Below are positions 33,474 through 48,930 of a DNA stretch of 64,000 bases, piece by piece; position 1 is the first letter of the stretch, and each line of letters opens with the position of its first letter. This DNA comes from the human T2T-CHM13v2.0 reference genome, Homo sapiens. The notes beneath the pieces were generated by a model. That model was not told the DNA's origin, made no database searches, and saw only the letters and a program-made list of their open reading frames with translations. The stretch lies in assembly GCF_009914755.1 (NCBI RefSeq), contig NC_060931.1; one strand, 5' to 3'. The position numbers and the translations under genes were made by a program.

Positions 33474-35811
33474 TACATTTTCTATTTCAAAAGGATGCTT
33501 TATGGTATATAAGCTTTATTAGAAAATAATCCCTAATTAATGCTTCTTTGTGCACATTGATACTTTTTAGATTGGAAACCATAGATTGTGCCAAGTTCAT
33601 CTTCACCTGTTGATCCTGTTGCCAAAATGGCCTTTGCTTCTGGGTCTCCCTCCCACTAATGGTCTCCCTGAATGAAGTTTGTAGACAGCCCATATCAGTG
33701 TTACCCAAGGAGTTCATTTGTTAATTATGAAGACTTTTGGAACCCCATTCAGTATAATACAGCAGGACAATTGAAGATGTAATTCAGAAATCTGTATTTT
33801 GTGAAGCTTACAACAGAAGCACACCTGTCTCTTTCTTTTTTTTCTCTCACCCCAAAATTGTCTTCATGCTATCAGTTTTCTTCTCCATTAAAGCTTAATG
33901 AGATACTAAGGCAAATTATTACCTTTTCCAGAGTTATTTACTTTTATGTACATCACTTTGATGGTAAAATAAAAGGATTTCTTTTCCTATAAGGAATTTT
34001 AGACATATGCAAAATGTGGGGGCCTTTACCTCAGTGTTAAACCATCTCACTGCAGCCAATTATTGCCAAATTGGTTCAATTAGCCCCTCTTTTGGGGTCA
34101 GGGCCTATAAGGTCAAAAAGACCTATATATTACAATGATTCTAACGCCTACATATTTCATCTTCAAAGGGTTGTACTAGTTCTCCAAATAAGAACAATAG
34201 AAGGTTAGACTATGCATAATCAATGGGACAAAACATCAGAATTGGAAGATCAGGTTCACAATTTTAGTTCTGCTTCTAACATAGTATGGTTTATGTAAAC
34301 CATATTTATGGAAAAGTAAAGCTTTTCCATAAATTCCCTGAAATATAAAAGAAAATTCCTAGTCTATGGAAAGCATATTTCTTCAGATTTCACAAAGCAT
34401 TTATCAAAGATGAATGTTTCCAGCATAGTCACGTCAAAAATTCTTCTGAGTATTATACTTTATTTTACTATGGTGAACTAGTATAATTTTTTAAGCAATG
34501 GATAATTTTTTTTGTCTTGACTGCTAGAATGTATGGAATTATATTTGGTTTTCAGTTGCAGTAGTATTTCTTAACCTATATTTTTGGGCAAAACTATCTG
34601 ATTTGTATTCTCTTATTTTTTCCACAGGAATTGAAAAATACAATGTTTTTACTATACTGCCTTTCTGATAAAAGGAAAAAAATGTATAAGTAAATAAATG
34701 GGTAGACAATAAAAAGAGATGTTTTCACCTTCAAAATGGTGATGAACAAATAATAAATCACCTCCCACACAACTTCAAAGAAAGGATGCACTATATGAAT
34801 CCAGAAGTATGGTAAACATACTGATGATAATATGACTTTTTCAATTTTCAGATAGTTTTTATTTGTTGCCAATGAAAATTCACTCACACAAAATGGGGAC
34901 TTTATACTCCATTACAAACTAGAACAACCTTAAGAAGTCATGATTGCATTGTTACTGTGTTTATGACTAGTGGTTTTTCATATAATTTAATACTTGAGTA
35001 TGATTTTATAGATTTTATAATAACATCGTTACCCAGTTGACAAAAAATTTCATGAGACTACATGAATGCAGTTTTACTTTGGAAAATTTTCATAAAACTA
35101 ATTGTATAAGCTTCTTAGACACTAGCACCAGCAGAACAATTGGTAATGGTGCCAACATGCAAGAAACAAATTGAAAGGAAGAAAGCTTTAAAAAAAATGT
35201 CTGGTCTCTCTTTAGCAAAGAAAACAAAACTGTTTTCATTTCACTTTTTTGCCATTGTGAATAACGGAAAAATGTTTTTAAAAAGTAGGCAAATCACAGA
35301 AAGCCTAAAGAGAGTCAAAGAGCTGTCACCAGGACACTAGAATTATTATTGTTTTTACATGTTTCCATTGGAAGTCAGGTCCCACTTTAAGTGCTCTGAT
35401 GCACTTTGGTAAAAGGAAATCTGCAAAGGCAGGCGAGATTTTAAGACTATGGCTTTATTTCCAAAGATTGTTTTTCTTATTTTAGATTAGAGCCTATTAT
35501 GTTATGAGGCAAAAAAGCATCCTTATGAAACGAGGTCCCGCTTAGAGCTCCACTTCACCTTTACAGCTTTCAGCAGCCCAACTGAAGAAGCAGCACTTTG
35601 GAAAAAGCACAAAGACATTTCTACAAATGAAAAAAAAAAATAAAAGTTTGGGATATGAGCATATTTTCTTTGTAAGACAGGATCCTTGCTGTGTCACTTC
35701 TCCAGATTTGTCTATTTTGAATAAAAAGAGAGCTTTTTTGACTGAGAAGGTTATAATGGTTTAAAGTGTTTATTATTAGAACCATTGGTTCTTTTTCCTG
35801 TAATTTAAAAA

Positions 35812-36171
35812 AAATTATTTCTACAGGTTTTTGAGGAACAGGTGGTATTTGATTACATGAGTAAATTCTTTGGTGTTGTTAAGATTCTGGTACACCCATC
35901 ACCCTAGCAGTATACGCTGAACCAAATTTTTAGTTTTTTATCCCTCCCCCTCCTCCACCCTTTCCCCTGAGTCCCCAAAGTCCATTAGTCCATTGTATCA
36001 TTCTTATGCCTTTGCATTCTCATAGCTTAGTTCCCACTTATGAGTGAGAACATACGATGTTTGGTTTTCCCTTCCTTTGTTACTTCACTTCGAGTAATAG
36101 TCTCCAGTTCCATCCAAGTTGCTGTGAATGCCATTAATTGATTCCTTTTTATGGCTTAGTAGTATTCCATC

Positions 36172-36258
<87 letters not shown>

Positions 36259-36615
36259 CACATGTGTGTTCAAATATCTTTTTCCTGTAATGACTTCTTT
36301 TCCTCTGGGTAGATACCAGTAGTGGGATTGCTGGATCAAATGGTAGTTCTACTTTTAGTTCTTTAAGGAATCTCCACACTGTTTTTCATAGTGTTGTGCT
36401 AGCTTACATTCCCTCCAGCAGTGTAGAAGTGTTCCCTTTTCACCGCATCCACTCCAACATCTATTTTTTTTTTATTATGGCCATTCTTGCAGGAGTAGGT
36501 AGTATTGCATTGTGGTTTTGATTTGCATTTTCCTGATCATTAGTGATGTTGAGCATGTTTTTAAATGTTTGTTGACCATTTGTATATCTTCTTTTGAGAA
36601 TTGTCTACTCATGTA
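35812..36615 (-). mobile_element. L1PB-type 3' end (5'-truncated)
   Basis: ggtttttgaggaacaggtggtatttgattacatgagtaa...cacccatcacc, continuing into antisense ORF2 C-terminus. Confidence 0.88.
36174..36256. repeat. compound microsatellite (CT)~23(AT)~19
   Basis: Read directly from the sequence. Confidence 0.97.
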
Positions 36616-39600
36616 CAGAGGAATAGTTAAATGACTCTCCATTAACCAAATATACCTATGCCTGACTCAAGTATCTTTTGTTTTTGTTTATTTCTTATTT
36701 TATTTATTTTGAAAATACTCAAGAAAACTAAATATAGATGATAGCTCTTACTGGAAAACATATATTGTTCTTTTTTATAGATGCAAGTTCTATCACACAA
36801 TTGTTGACATTTACATTTCTAAGGTGAAAATCTTATTGAATCAGATGCTGAGAAAAACAAAGAAATAATCATTACTGATGAACAAATTCTGGCAGAAAAT
36901 AATTTGCTAAAACTTCAGGACCTGAGCAGTTGAACTCTTAAGTCCCTGACTCAGATAAATAAATATTCAGTCTATCACAGTATAGTTGTCCTGCACAATT
37001 AAAAATCAGCTGTTGGTTATATGTTACTGTTTGCATGTGGCTATCAGGCAAAGCCTCAAAGTCATTTGGATTGAATTCAAGTTTTAAAAATATGGGAGAC
37101 AAGTAATTTTGTTTGTCTGAATGCTTTTCTTTCTCCTTTTTCGAACTAAACTTCTTGAGGTAATTGAAAATTCATATGTAGTTGTAAGAAATAATATAGA
37201 GCAATCTCATTGTAATCTTTACCTCATTTGTCCCATGGGTAACATTTTGCAAAACTATGGTAAAATATTATGACAAGGATGTTGACATTAATAGAGTTAA
37301 CATAGAACATGTCTATCAAGACAAAGACCTCTCATGTTGTTGTTTTACAGAATACAAGATCCTTCCAGCCCACACCCCTTCTAAAATCATAGGCAATAAC
37401 TAATTTGTTCTCCCTTTCTATAATTTTATCCTTTCAAAAATATTTTATAAATGGACTCATAAAATATGTATTGCATGGGGGATTGTCATTTCTAATTCAG
37501 CTTAGTTTTCTAAAGATTTATTCAAGTTGTTGCTTGTAAAAATAGTTGGCTCATTTTTAGTGTTGAGATGTATTCCATTATATGAACATATCACAGTTTG
37601 TTTAAGGCATCTGGGTTGTTCCCAGTTTTGGACTATTATGAATAAGGATTCTATAAATATTTGTGTATAGGTTGTTGTATGAACATAAGTTTTTATTTCT
37701 CTGGGATGGATGCCCAAGAGTGCAATTGCTGGGTCATATGGCAAAGGTATGTTTAGTTTTGTAAGAAATAGACAAAATTTGCTTTGCCTGTAATGTATGA
37801 GTGATTTGGCATTTGGTGTTGTCGCTACTTTTTATTTTAATGAATCATCCTGACAGGTATATAGTCATACCACAGTGTGGTATTAATTTGCATTTCCTTA
37901 ATAGCTAATAATGCCAAACAACTTTTCATATGCTTATCGGCCATCTCTATATTCTCTTTAATGAAATAGTTCTTGGCTTTTGCCAATTTTCTAATTGGAT
38001 TATTTGATTTATAATGTCAAGTTTTGAGAGTTCTTTATATATTCTAGACATTAGTCCTTTTTGGGATAAATAGTTGATAATATTTTCTCTCACTTTGTTG
38101 CTTGGGCTTGTATTTGTATCCTCTTGATCTCTTACAAATCAAAAGTTTTTGTTTTGTTTTGATGAAGTTCAGTTTATCATTTTTTTAATGTAGTGTGTTA
38201 TTTTTGTAAATTCTAATGAACTTGTTTTCAATCTAGATGCCAAGATTTTCTCATATGTTTTTCTCTAAAAGTTTTATAGCTTTATGTTTTACTTTGAAGT
38301 CCATGAAGGATTTTGAGTTAATATTCTTAAGAGTGTGAGATTTTATTTTTCTGTCTATGGATGTCCAGTTGCTCTAGCACCAATTATTCATTTATTTAAA
38401 TGGTTATCTCTTTTCTAGTGAATAACTCTTGCACTTTTACAGAATCAGTTGGTCATATTTGTGTGGGTTCATTCTTTTCCATTGATCTACGTATGTATCT
38501 CTATGACAAGACAACACAATCTTTATTATTGTAGCTATATAAATTATGAACTAGAGTAGTTCCCACTTCATTATTCTTCCACAAAATTATCTTGGCTGTT
38601 CTGATTCCTTTGATTTTCCATGCAAATTTTAGAGTGATGTTTTTCTATATCTACAAAATTCTTGCTTGGGTTTTGAGAGGTGTTATGTTAAACCTCTACA
38701 TCAATTTAATGCGATCAATATCTTTACTATGTTTATTTAGTCTTCTAGTCCATGAAAATGGCATATATCTAAATTAATTTTGATCTCCTTTTCTTTCATC
38801 AGCATTTTGTAATTTTCAGCATACAATCTCCTTATATGCATTGATAGATTTACACTTGAGTGCTTCTTATATTTTCAACAACTCTAAATGGTATTGTATT
38901 TTTAATTCTTATATTCATGTAGACATTGCTAATATTTAGAAATAAAGTTACCTTTTGCATGTTTATTGAATTAATTTATTAGTTGTGGTGTTTTTTGGTA
39001 GATTACTTGGGATTCCCTATATAGACAATCCATCACGTCTTCTTCAAAGAGGGATAGTTTTATTTCTTCCTTTATTATCTGTATGCTTTCTATTTTCTTC
39101 TATCTTTTCTTTTTGCCTTACTGCACTGGCTAGAACTTGCAGCAGCATGCCGAATGAGCAGTGAAGCAAACATCTTTGTCTTGTTCTCACCCTTTGTAAA
39201 AAAGCATTCAGTGTTTCACCATTAAGTATAATGTCAGTTGTAAGTTTTACGATTAATGCTTTTTACCAAGTTGAGGAAGTTCCTTTCTATTCCCAAATAG
39301 TTCTATTTTTCTGAAATTATTTAAATTATTATTGATGTTAAAATTTATGAAATCCTTTTACTCTGCTGGTAGATATTATGTGATTTTCTACTTTAGCTTG
39401 CTGAAATAATAGGTTATATTGACTGATATTCAATTATGGCACCAGTCTTGCATTCACGGAATAAACCTTAGTTGGTAATGATGTATTTTTCTTAATATAC
39501 TGTAGAATTCTATTTGCTAACATCTTGCTAAAACATTTGTATCTATATTAATGATAGATTTTGGTCTATCGTTTTTTATTTTATATTGCTTTTCTTTGGT

Positions 39601-40257
39601 TTTGGCATCAGGGCAATACTAGCTTCAAAAATGAATGACAAGTTTTCCTTCCTTTTCTATTTTCTGGAAGATGGAGTGTAGAATTGATGTAAGTTATTCT
39701 TTAAATGTTGAATTGAGTTCTTCAGTGAAATAATCTGGGCCTGGAAACTATTTTGGGGAAGTTTTAAATTATGAATTAAATTACTTAAGAGATATAGAAA
39801 TATAAGTCTATTCAAATTATCTATTTCATATTGGGTGAATTGTGGTAGTTTAATTTTGAGGAATTGACACATTTCTTCAAAGTTTTAAAATTTATGTTTG
39901 TAGAGTTGTTTGCCATATTCTCTTGTTATCATTTTGATTTTGGCAGGATCTATTTTATTTTTTGTATTGATAATTTGTGTCTTCTCTTTTTTTCTTTTAC
40001 AGTCTTGTGTTAGGTTTTTCAGCTTCATCAATCATTTTGAAGAACCAGATGTTTGGTTCACTGATTTTCTCTATTATTTTTCCATTATCAATTTCGTTGA
40101 TTTCTGCTCTTATCTTTATTATTTTCTCTTCTACAGGCATACCCATTTTCTTCCAGCCCACATTCCTACTTACTTTTTATATGTGTCTTATGTTTATTTT
40201 GCTTTTCTTTTTATATCTTCTTGTGGTGGAAGTTTAAATTATTAATTTCAGACTTTT

Positions 40258-40553
40258 ATTATTTTTTTTGAGATGGAGTCTCACGCTGTTGCCCAGGCTG
40301 GAGTGCAGTGTCACAGTCTCAGGTCACCGTAACCTCCACCTCCTGGGTTCAAGCAATTCTCCTACCTCAGCTTCCCGAGTAGCTGCGATTACAGGCTTAT
40401 GCCACGTAGACCGGCTAATTTTTGTATTTTTTTAGTAGAGACAGGGTTTCACCATGCTGGCCTGGCTGGTCTCGAACTCCTGACCTCAGGTGATCTGCCC
40501 GCGTTAGGCTCCCAAACTGCTGGGATTACAGGCTTGAGCCACCGCGCCCGGCT
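40258..40553 (-). mobile_element. AluS (Sx/Sz-like)
   Basis: Full dimer with gacctcaggtgatc and TSD agactttt. Confidence 0.93.
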
Positions 40554-40753
40554 GAGACTTTTCTTCTTTTACGTATGCATCTACTGCTATAAATTTTATC
40601 TCAGCACTACTTTAGGTATGTCCTACAATTTTTTGGACTATATTTTTATATTCCTTCTAGCAAGGCAATGTATATTTTTTTATTTTTCTTGAGGCTATCT
40701 GTTTTATGCATAGATTATTTAGAAGCATGTGGTTAGGTTTTAAAGTGTTTGGA

Positions 40754-41000
40754 AGAGAGCTAAATGATAAGAACTTATGAACACAAAGAAGGAAACAACA
40801 GACACTGGGATTTACCTCAGGGGGAAGGGTGGGAGGAAGAGGGGAAGCAGAAAAGATAACTACTGGTTACTGAGTTGAATACCTGGGTGATATGCTAATA
40901 TGCACAACCAACCCTCATGTCACATGTTTATCTATGTAACTAACCTTCACATGTACCCTCAAATCTAAAATGAAAATTTAAATATATATATATATATATA
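40754..41000 (+). mobile_element. short L1PA15/16-like 3' end with a (TA)n tail
   Basis: gagctaaatgataagaacttatgaacacaaagaaggaaacaacagacactgg...catgtaccc. TSD aaagtgtttgga / aaatgtttgga. Confidence 0.85.
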
Positions 41001-41459
41001 AAATGTTTGGAGACGGATGGAGTTGGGATGACCAGCCCCCACTAGAAACGTATGATACCTCCCTCGCTGGGAGGCGTAGGAGTGCCTATTTCCTGTTTCC
41101 CATGTGGTCCCCACTGACACTTGGGGTAGGTAGGGGGTTGATCTCATTACCACTGAGAAGTGTTAAAAGTCCTGACTCTCCCCTGGTCTTCTGACATCAC
41201 TCGAACATGTGGGAGGATGCCTTATTACTGTTGAGTTGGAGTGGACATCCAGCTTTCCCACCTGGTCTCCACTGACACTACAGGGACTTGCTGTTACTCA
41301 GAGAGGAAAGATGTCTTTCTTTGATATGACTTTTGTGGAGGGTGGGGGAAATGGGGGGGCGTTTGTCATTACCACCTGGTGATGGTGAAAGCCCAGGATT
41401 CTGGCTTGGTTGGCTGGTGTGGGCTGGACTCAGGCCACAGTAATTTATGTGATAAATAA

Positions 41460-41767
<308 letters not shown>

Positions 41768-42689
41768 ATATAGCTGTTATTTTCTAAAATCTTCTGTCTT
41801 GTTAGGCTTCCACTTCCCTTATCCTTTGGCTTAAGAGAGCAAAATTTTTTTGGAGGGGAGGGAGGAGTTGTCTGTGCCGACTGGTATCTTGAGGTTGCCA
41901 GCTTCTTTAGCTCCATGTGTGGGATATATGAGGTAAAAATAAGCCCATCGTGTCATTCTTTGGGTGTCATCAACCTGTCTGCCTTCTTCTTGCTATATTT
42001 CACAGTCTTCTTATTTATATAATAGCAGGGTTTTTGTCTTCTTATTTTGCACATAATATCCAGGGTTATTAGTTGAAATTAGCAGAAGAAAGAGGGAAGC
42101 ACAGGTTCTCCAGCTTCTTGGAAGACCCAGACTCCAAATTATGAATGTGATTGTGATTCTTGGCATGAAATGTTTTTTGCTGCAAAATTATTTTCTGTCT
42201 TTTACTTCTGAAAGATTCTCTTTTGAGAGTCTTTCAACATCACAGTTTTCTTTCCATGGATTTTTTTTTCATTAAAAAGAGAACATGTCATACTAGGTCA
42301 TGTAAAAGTTGTACTTTCTATTCCTTATTCTGAGACTTATAATGGCTCCAATGACAGTTAGCAGTTGACTTCCTTATGATGTTACAAAAGTTGCCTATAA
42401 TGCCCTACAGCAACAGTTCTACCATCAATCACCTGTTATTAACCCATGTTCCATACATTTATTAAAACTTTTACCAGTCTATTTCTGGTCAGAGACATAA
42501 ATGTCCTTTTCATGCAATAAAGTTTTTAATAGCAGCAATCACATTGCCACTACTCATAAATTACCACCTACTTTGTGCTAGATATTATACTTTGTGGAAA
42601 CAAAGATGAACACATTTCTATGAATTTATGCTCCTGTGGAGGAGACTAAAATGCAAACAAATAATTATAATTCTGGAGTAACACAAAAT

Positions 42690-43040
42690 ATAACTGAGAA
42701 ACATCTCAAACAAATGAGAGAATTAACTTTAATATGTAACAAGAAATCTAGAAGTGCAGCATCTTAAAATGACACCAGGGAACTAGATTCTATGTATTTT
42801 TATCCTACTCTCCTCAGCATGTGACCTTGCTTTGTAGTCACAAAGGAAAGGTAAGGTAAGGTAAGGTAAGTCACAAAGGAAAGGAAAGGTAAAAAGACCC
42901 TGAAAGTCCCCCCAGATGACTTCCACTTATATCTCATTGTCTATTCTGGGCCACACATAATTATAAAAGAGTCTGGGCAATGTCTCTTTTTTCTTAAGAG
43001 GGGTACATGGCTACTATGGGAAAAGTGTGGTCCTGTTAAT
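42690..43040 (-). mobile_element. old MLT1-type LTR fragment
   Basis: ctcctcagcatgtg...gatgacttccacttatatctcattg. Confidence 0.45.
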
Positions 43041-43137
43041 ATGGACAACGCAGAGAATAAATATTGCTACAGAAAAAGTAAGGTTGTTAATATAGGTGAA
43101 GACTAGGGAGAACACTTACTCTCCTGACACAATGTCA

Positions 43138-43704
<567 letters not shown>

Positions 43705-44099
43705 TTACAGGTAAAACCTTACCTTGCAGCTTAATTGTGGTGGACCTGACATGGCATGTTGAAGAAAGTAGGCTTTATCTCATAGGAATTCAAAAGTTCC
43801 TAAATGGCTAATAGATGGGCAAAAGCAGATTTGTGGTTTGGAAAGAGAGCTCTAGTCAGCGATGAGAAAGTGAGTAAAGAGAAGACTGAAAGCTCACTAG
43901 TTCATCTTAATCTGTCACTAAAATCTAAAGGTGTTAATCTTTTATTACTTGATAGAAGCTTCTCCACCTGTTTGAATTTTTAAACATATCCTTCCTGAGG
44001 TGGAAAAATTATAATTTGTATACAATATTCTGTGTCAGGCTTACCCTGGTTTCAAATAAGGTAGGCTACCATTTTCTAATTTGTTTCCTTTGCCTGGCG

Positions 44100-44184
44100 T
44101 TGCTGCCAACTATTTTCTTTGGTGTCTTTGCTGCCAACTATTTTCTTTGGTGTCTTTGCTGCCAACTATTTTCTATGGTGTCCT
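44100..44184. repeat. 28-bp minisatellite, 3 copies
   Basis: Unit ttgctgccaactattttctttggtgtct starting at 44100, 44128 and 44156. Confidence 0.95.
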
Positions 44185-45769
44185 TGGCTCTGGCTCTACA
44201 CTGAGCCTGCTGGAATTTGTTGGAGCTCTGAAAAATGTAGAGTTGATAAATATTATCTCTCACTCGGTTCATACTATTCTTTTTTCTATATGTTTACACA
44301 GCTGACCAGGTTATAAAGAAGCAGAGACTAGCTTCTGTTCCTTATTCTATTCTGATAATTTGGAGTGATCAAAGTTTCAAACTGCTGATTAAGCTCCAAG
44401 TTCTCAATAAATGTATAATTTGCATTTATAAAACATTTTATTTAAACATTTTAAAACTATGGGTAAACTACCCAAGCAAATGTGGCTTTTAGCATCTGTT
44501 AACATATCAGTGACTATTGTTAATTTTTTATGTCAGTTCAACTCATTTCTGTACAACCCCAATAACATTTTCTGGCCATTTCTGGGCATACATTTGTTTG
44601 TAGCTTTGCGTGCATCATTCTTTGAACGTAGGGTTGAGCATGACTTTTCATAATCATTTTTTCAAGCCAGTATTCTTTCATGACAGACATAAAATGGGCT
44701 TAATTAAATGCCAGACAAAGCTCCATGCATGCTCCTGAGAGTTATACAATAACAAGTGAACATGTAGCTAAGTCTTGATAATGCTGCATTAGTCATTTTT
44801 ATAAATGGTTCTGAAGCTTATTCCACTATTAGAGTATGTGAAGTTTATTTTTTGGTAACCATCCTAAATTTACACTTATAAAAGTTATTTCTTTTCAAGT
44901 GAGGTACAAATAATTTTTCTTAAATGTAGAACTTTATCACCAGTAATAGCAAGAAATTTTAAAATAAGCTTTGACAATGACTGATATTTTAGGTTTTAGA
45001 TCAAAGGACAATTTTTAGTATTCCTCAATGACTGTTTCTTCAACCAGTATCAGCCACATTGTCAATAATGCATGAATTAAAGGGGTGGCCTAATAATGTT
45101 TATGTGAATTCACTGAAAGACAAGAAAGTATAATGTCTTTGCATTTCACAAATATTTGGATAAACACTGCCCAAATTCTTAAAGAATTTTATATTGTGCA
45201 CTTTTGTACAATAGTTTTGTGGACCCTGCAAAAGTCTATGTGTTATTTTAAGCATAGACTAAAGAACATAAACAAACCTTTAGCTTCCTTTTAGCTTATT
45301 GTGAATGGCTTAACAATACTAAAAGAGTTTAAGTAAGTTAATAGGTAAGGTGAATTAAATTCATTGCAATCAAAGGAGCAGCAGATATAATTAGGATAAA
45401 ATTCCTGGATGACTAACATTGCAACAAGTACATGATATGAATCAACTGGGAGGGAACTGCAAGCAGTGCCATTTTCAGATAATTCTAAGCAGAAACAATT
45501 CCAAGAATGACCATCTAATAAGAATGATAACATTTGTCCAAAGTCTGAAATTCTGTGGAATCTTTGTTAGTTTAGAAAACATTTGAGATATTAGTTTCCA
45601 CTCTTTTTACTTTCCGTTTTTATTGAAGATTTTTTTTCTCTTTTTCCATAGCCACCTCTGTGCTGACTCTGGAAAGGGGTGAAGGTAGACAAAAAAGGCT
45701 GGAAGTCCACATTGGTTTTTATTATATAACTATTCCTTCCTCCCTTTGCCCTCTCGGCTCCAATTATAT

Positions 45770-46089
45770 TGGCCTTCTTGATAATCCTAAATAAAGCTAG
45801 CCAACTCCAGCCTGTATCAAGGATGTTGCAGTTACTAATTTTTCTTTCCAAATTCTGTATTTCACTCATGTATCTCCTCAAATGTCACTTTTTTAGTGAG
45901 CATTTCTCCATTTATCCCCTTACAAAATGCAAAAATTAGCATTCTCAGAATATGGTTTATATTTATTTTTTAAATTGCTTATTTTTTTTGTTTCTTTCCA
46001 CAAGCATAACTTTGTTTTTGCTTACTGCTAAACATCCAGAAAAGAGTGGTTGGCATTTAGTAGATATTCAAGTACTTCCTGAATGAATG
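45770..46089 (+). mobile_element. L2 LINE 3' end
   Basis: ctcaaatgtcact...tggcatttagtagatattcaagta...tgaatgaatg. Confidence 0.7.
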
Positions 46090-47220
46090 GAAGAATATTT
46101 CGGAAATTGCAGCCCTTATAAAATTTAGAAAATTTGAATTTTTTCCCACAAGGAACAGGCAGAAAATAATATGTCTTTTTGTTCCTGTAATAAAAAAGAA
46201 AAAAAAAACATCTTGGTCAGGAAGGAAAAATAAAGAAATGATGGGAGCAGAAAATAAATAGAAAGAGGGACCTTGAGCCCTAAAAACTGTGTTGAGCTCC
46301 AGGGAGGCCAGAAAGCCACTTGAGAAGGAAATGATTTCTGGGAATTGTTTCTTGGCATAAAAGACTGTAGATTCCCATGTGCAAATTCCTATGCCCTAGC
46401 AAGCAGGGAGGTACCTTAGAAGACTCACAGGATCTGAAAAAGGAAATAGATATTTCAATAGTCATTGATGAAGTTCAAATACCAAATACTACCAGGGGTG
46501 GCTGTCCTAATACCTAGTATTGCATAAACTCACTGGGAACTTTGATATACTTCTAGGGATAGGAAGAAACACTCAAATACTTAGTAACTTACAGCCTAAT
46601 AAATGAGAGCTTGATGTAGAAATTGTTGGATTAAATATTTATATTCTTTGTGCACTTGAATTTATGGGCTGGGATTCATAACTGCCCCATTTACAGTTCA
46701 TTTCAGTGAGAGTACCTGCGTTTCTGATTTCCATTTGCTTATTTTATACTGTACATGAAGGTGAACATTAGGAAGATGCATTAATTTAAACGCTTGACAC
46801 TTAGACAACAGGGGAATTTTTTGCTAGTGTTTGGATCACTCTTTACACCCCATAAAGGATGTTGGCAAAAATGTGACATCTGTACTGGCAGTGTGAAAAA
46901 CTGAGGTCAACAACTGCCGAGATGGCAAGTATGAATCTATTGCTGAAATGTGTTCAAGTCAGCACCACATGTTGCAAAGAAATCATAGAAGCCAGCATCT
47001 TTCAAAACCAGTTTGGAAGCTGTCACAAAATTGTCAAATGTATTAATAATCTTATTAAATAGCAGGCTTTTTCAGAAATATTTGTAACAGTCTAGAATCA
47101 AGGTGGAGGTTTGAATATATCATACGAGACAAACTCATTATTTTGTGGATGAAAATAATTCATTTGCTTAATATCTCAAATGCATCATCTCTTTCAAACA
47201 TGTTTGTACAATATGTTTGA

Positions 47221-47409
<189 letters not shown>

Positions 47410-48229
47410 TAGTATATCGGAAGGCTTCATTTGGCAGCAGGGGATTGCACTGTTAAACTACGTGCTATAGCATATAGTGTTAGGGAATGGATTTGGGATT
47501 TAACTTGACAAACAGAAAACATGTGGAGTGTCTTGAAAACTTAAGCAAGTATCTGAGACAAATGTCACCAACATAACTGAGACCTAATAAAAAAAATCAC
47601 TGATTTATATCATTTTAAGATATATTTGGAAACTTATTTTTCACCAAAAATAAAGTGTCAAACTGGCTAAGGATCCCAGTCTTCTGCTCATTATAAATGT
47701 TTCACCTGTGAGAGAATGTAAGCAGTAATTAGAGGTTGCTATTTATTGAAAAATGGGAAAAAACCCTCTATTATTCAGGATTCTGCTACATTTTAAATGA
47801 AGAGCATCCTGCGAATAGAATGCTGTTATTGTTGTAGCTGCCCACTTATATGTATTTGGATTTTACTCTGCTCAACTAATCAAAACAAAATTGTAAGATA
47901 AAACAGATGCTTAGACTTATTTGTCCTTGAAATTTTTCATGCAAAATCCCCTAATTCAATTTCTTTTTCAAAACATTTTGTGATTTCCAAAATATTTGTA
48001 TTTTTAAAATTTGATGACTATCTTACATAAATGTTAAAAACTAAACTTAATGTATCTGATTAACGTGCCACTTTTATTTGCTCTATCTTTTAAGATTTTT
48101 GTGTAAGATTTTCTTTTTAATAAAGTATTCCTACTACTAAAATAGTTTGAAAATCACTATATAGTTTTCATTTTATCAGATCACTTTTATCATTTTATTG
48201 GCCTAGAAATTGTGATCAGCTTTTAGTAA

Positions 48230-48930
48230 CTGGTGGTGAGAAAACACTATGATTCTAATACTGCCTTTCTGGAACTTATAGTTTCATGGGGAGACTACGC
48301 CATATATACAGATGTGAAATCACAACTGTCATAAGTGCCATGAAAGAAAGCTACATGTCGCTATAAGAGTCTACGACAGGGGTTTAGTAAATAAGTCAGA
48401 AAGTCAGGGAAGACTTGTAGGAAGTCAGGCTTGAGTTGAGGTCTGAGGGAGTAACTGGACTGGGCAAGGAAAGCCTCCAGGGTGAGAAGAACGCACAGGA
48501 GGCTGGTGTGGCTGCAAAGGAGTGATGAGTGGGGCTGGATGGGAAGTGAGATTTAGTTGAAAAACAGCCAGGGCTGAGGCCAGGGAACTTAGCCTTCATC
48601 ACAAGACCAGTGAGAAGCTACTGAAATAATTTTACTGCGAAGTTCTATGATGACATATAAACTTCAAAATCACTCTGGCTTTATGGGGGGCAAAAGTTAG
48701 AGGGAAAGGAGATAGGATGATGAAGAACAAGGGTAGTAAGTAGGCTATTGAAGTTTTCCAAAGGAGAAAAATTGGAAGCTTAGGCTATCAAGGTTTGAGA
48801 GAATATAGTCGACAGATTTGAGAATTTATTTTTAAATGGCAAATTGCCTTTGAGGACATAAGGTGTTCTTGGGGTCTGTTTGTTGTTCAGGTTTTTAATG
48901 TGATTAACAGCATGGATGGTGAGACCATCA
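48230..48930 (-). mobile_element. L2 LINE fragment
   Basis: ggaacttatagtttcatggggaga...aagtgccatgaaagaaa...gtcagggaagact...atcactctggct. Confidence 0.7.

Noticed and set aside
44100-44184. CRISPR-like repeat
   Set aside because: The units are head-to-tail with no spacers, the context is eukaryotic, and there are no cas genes.
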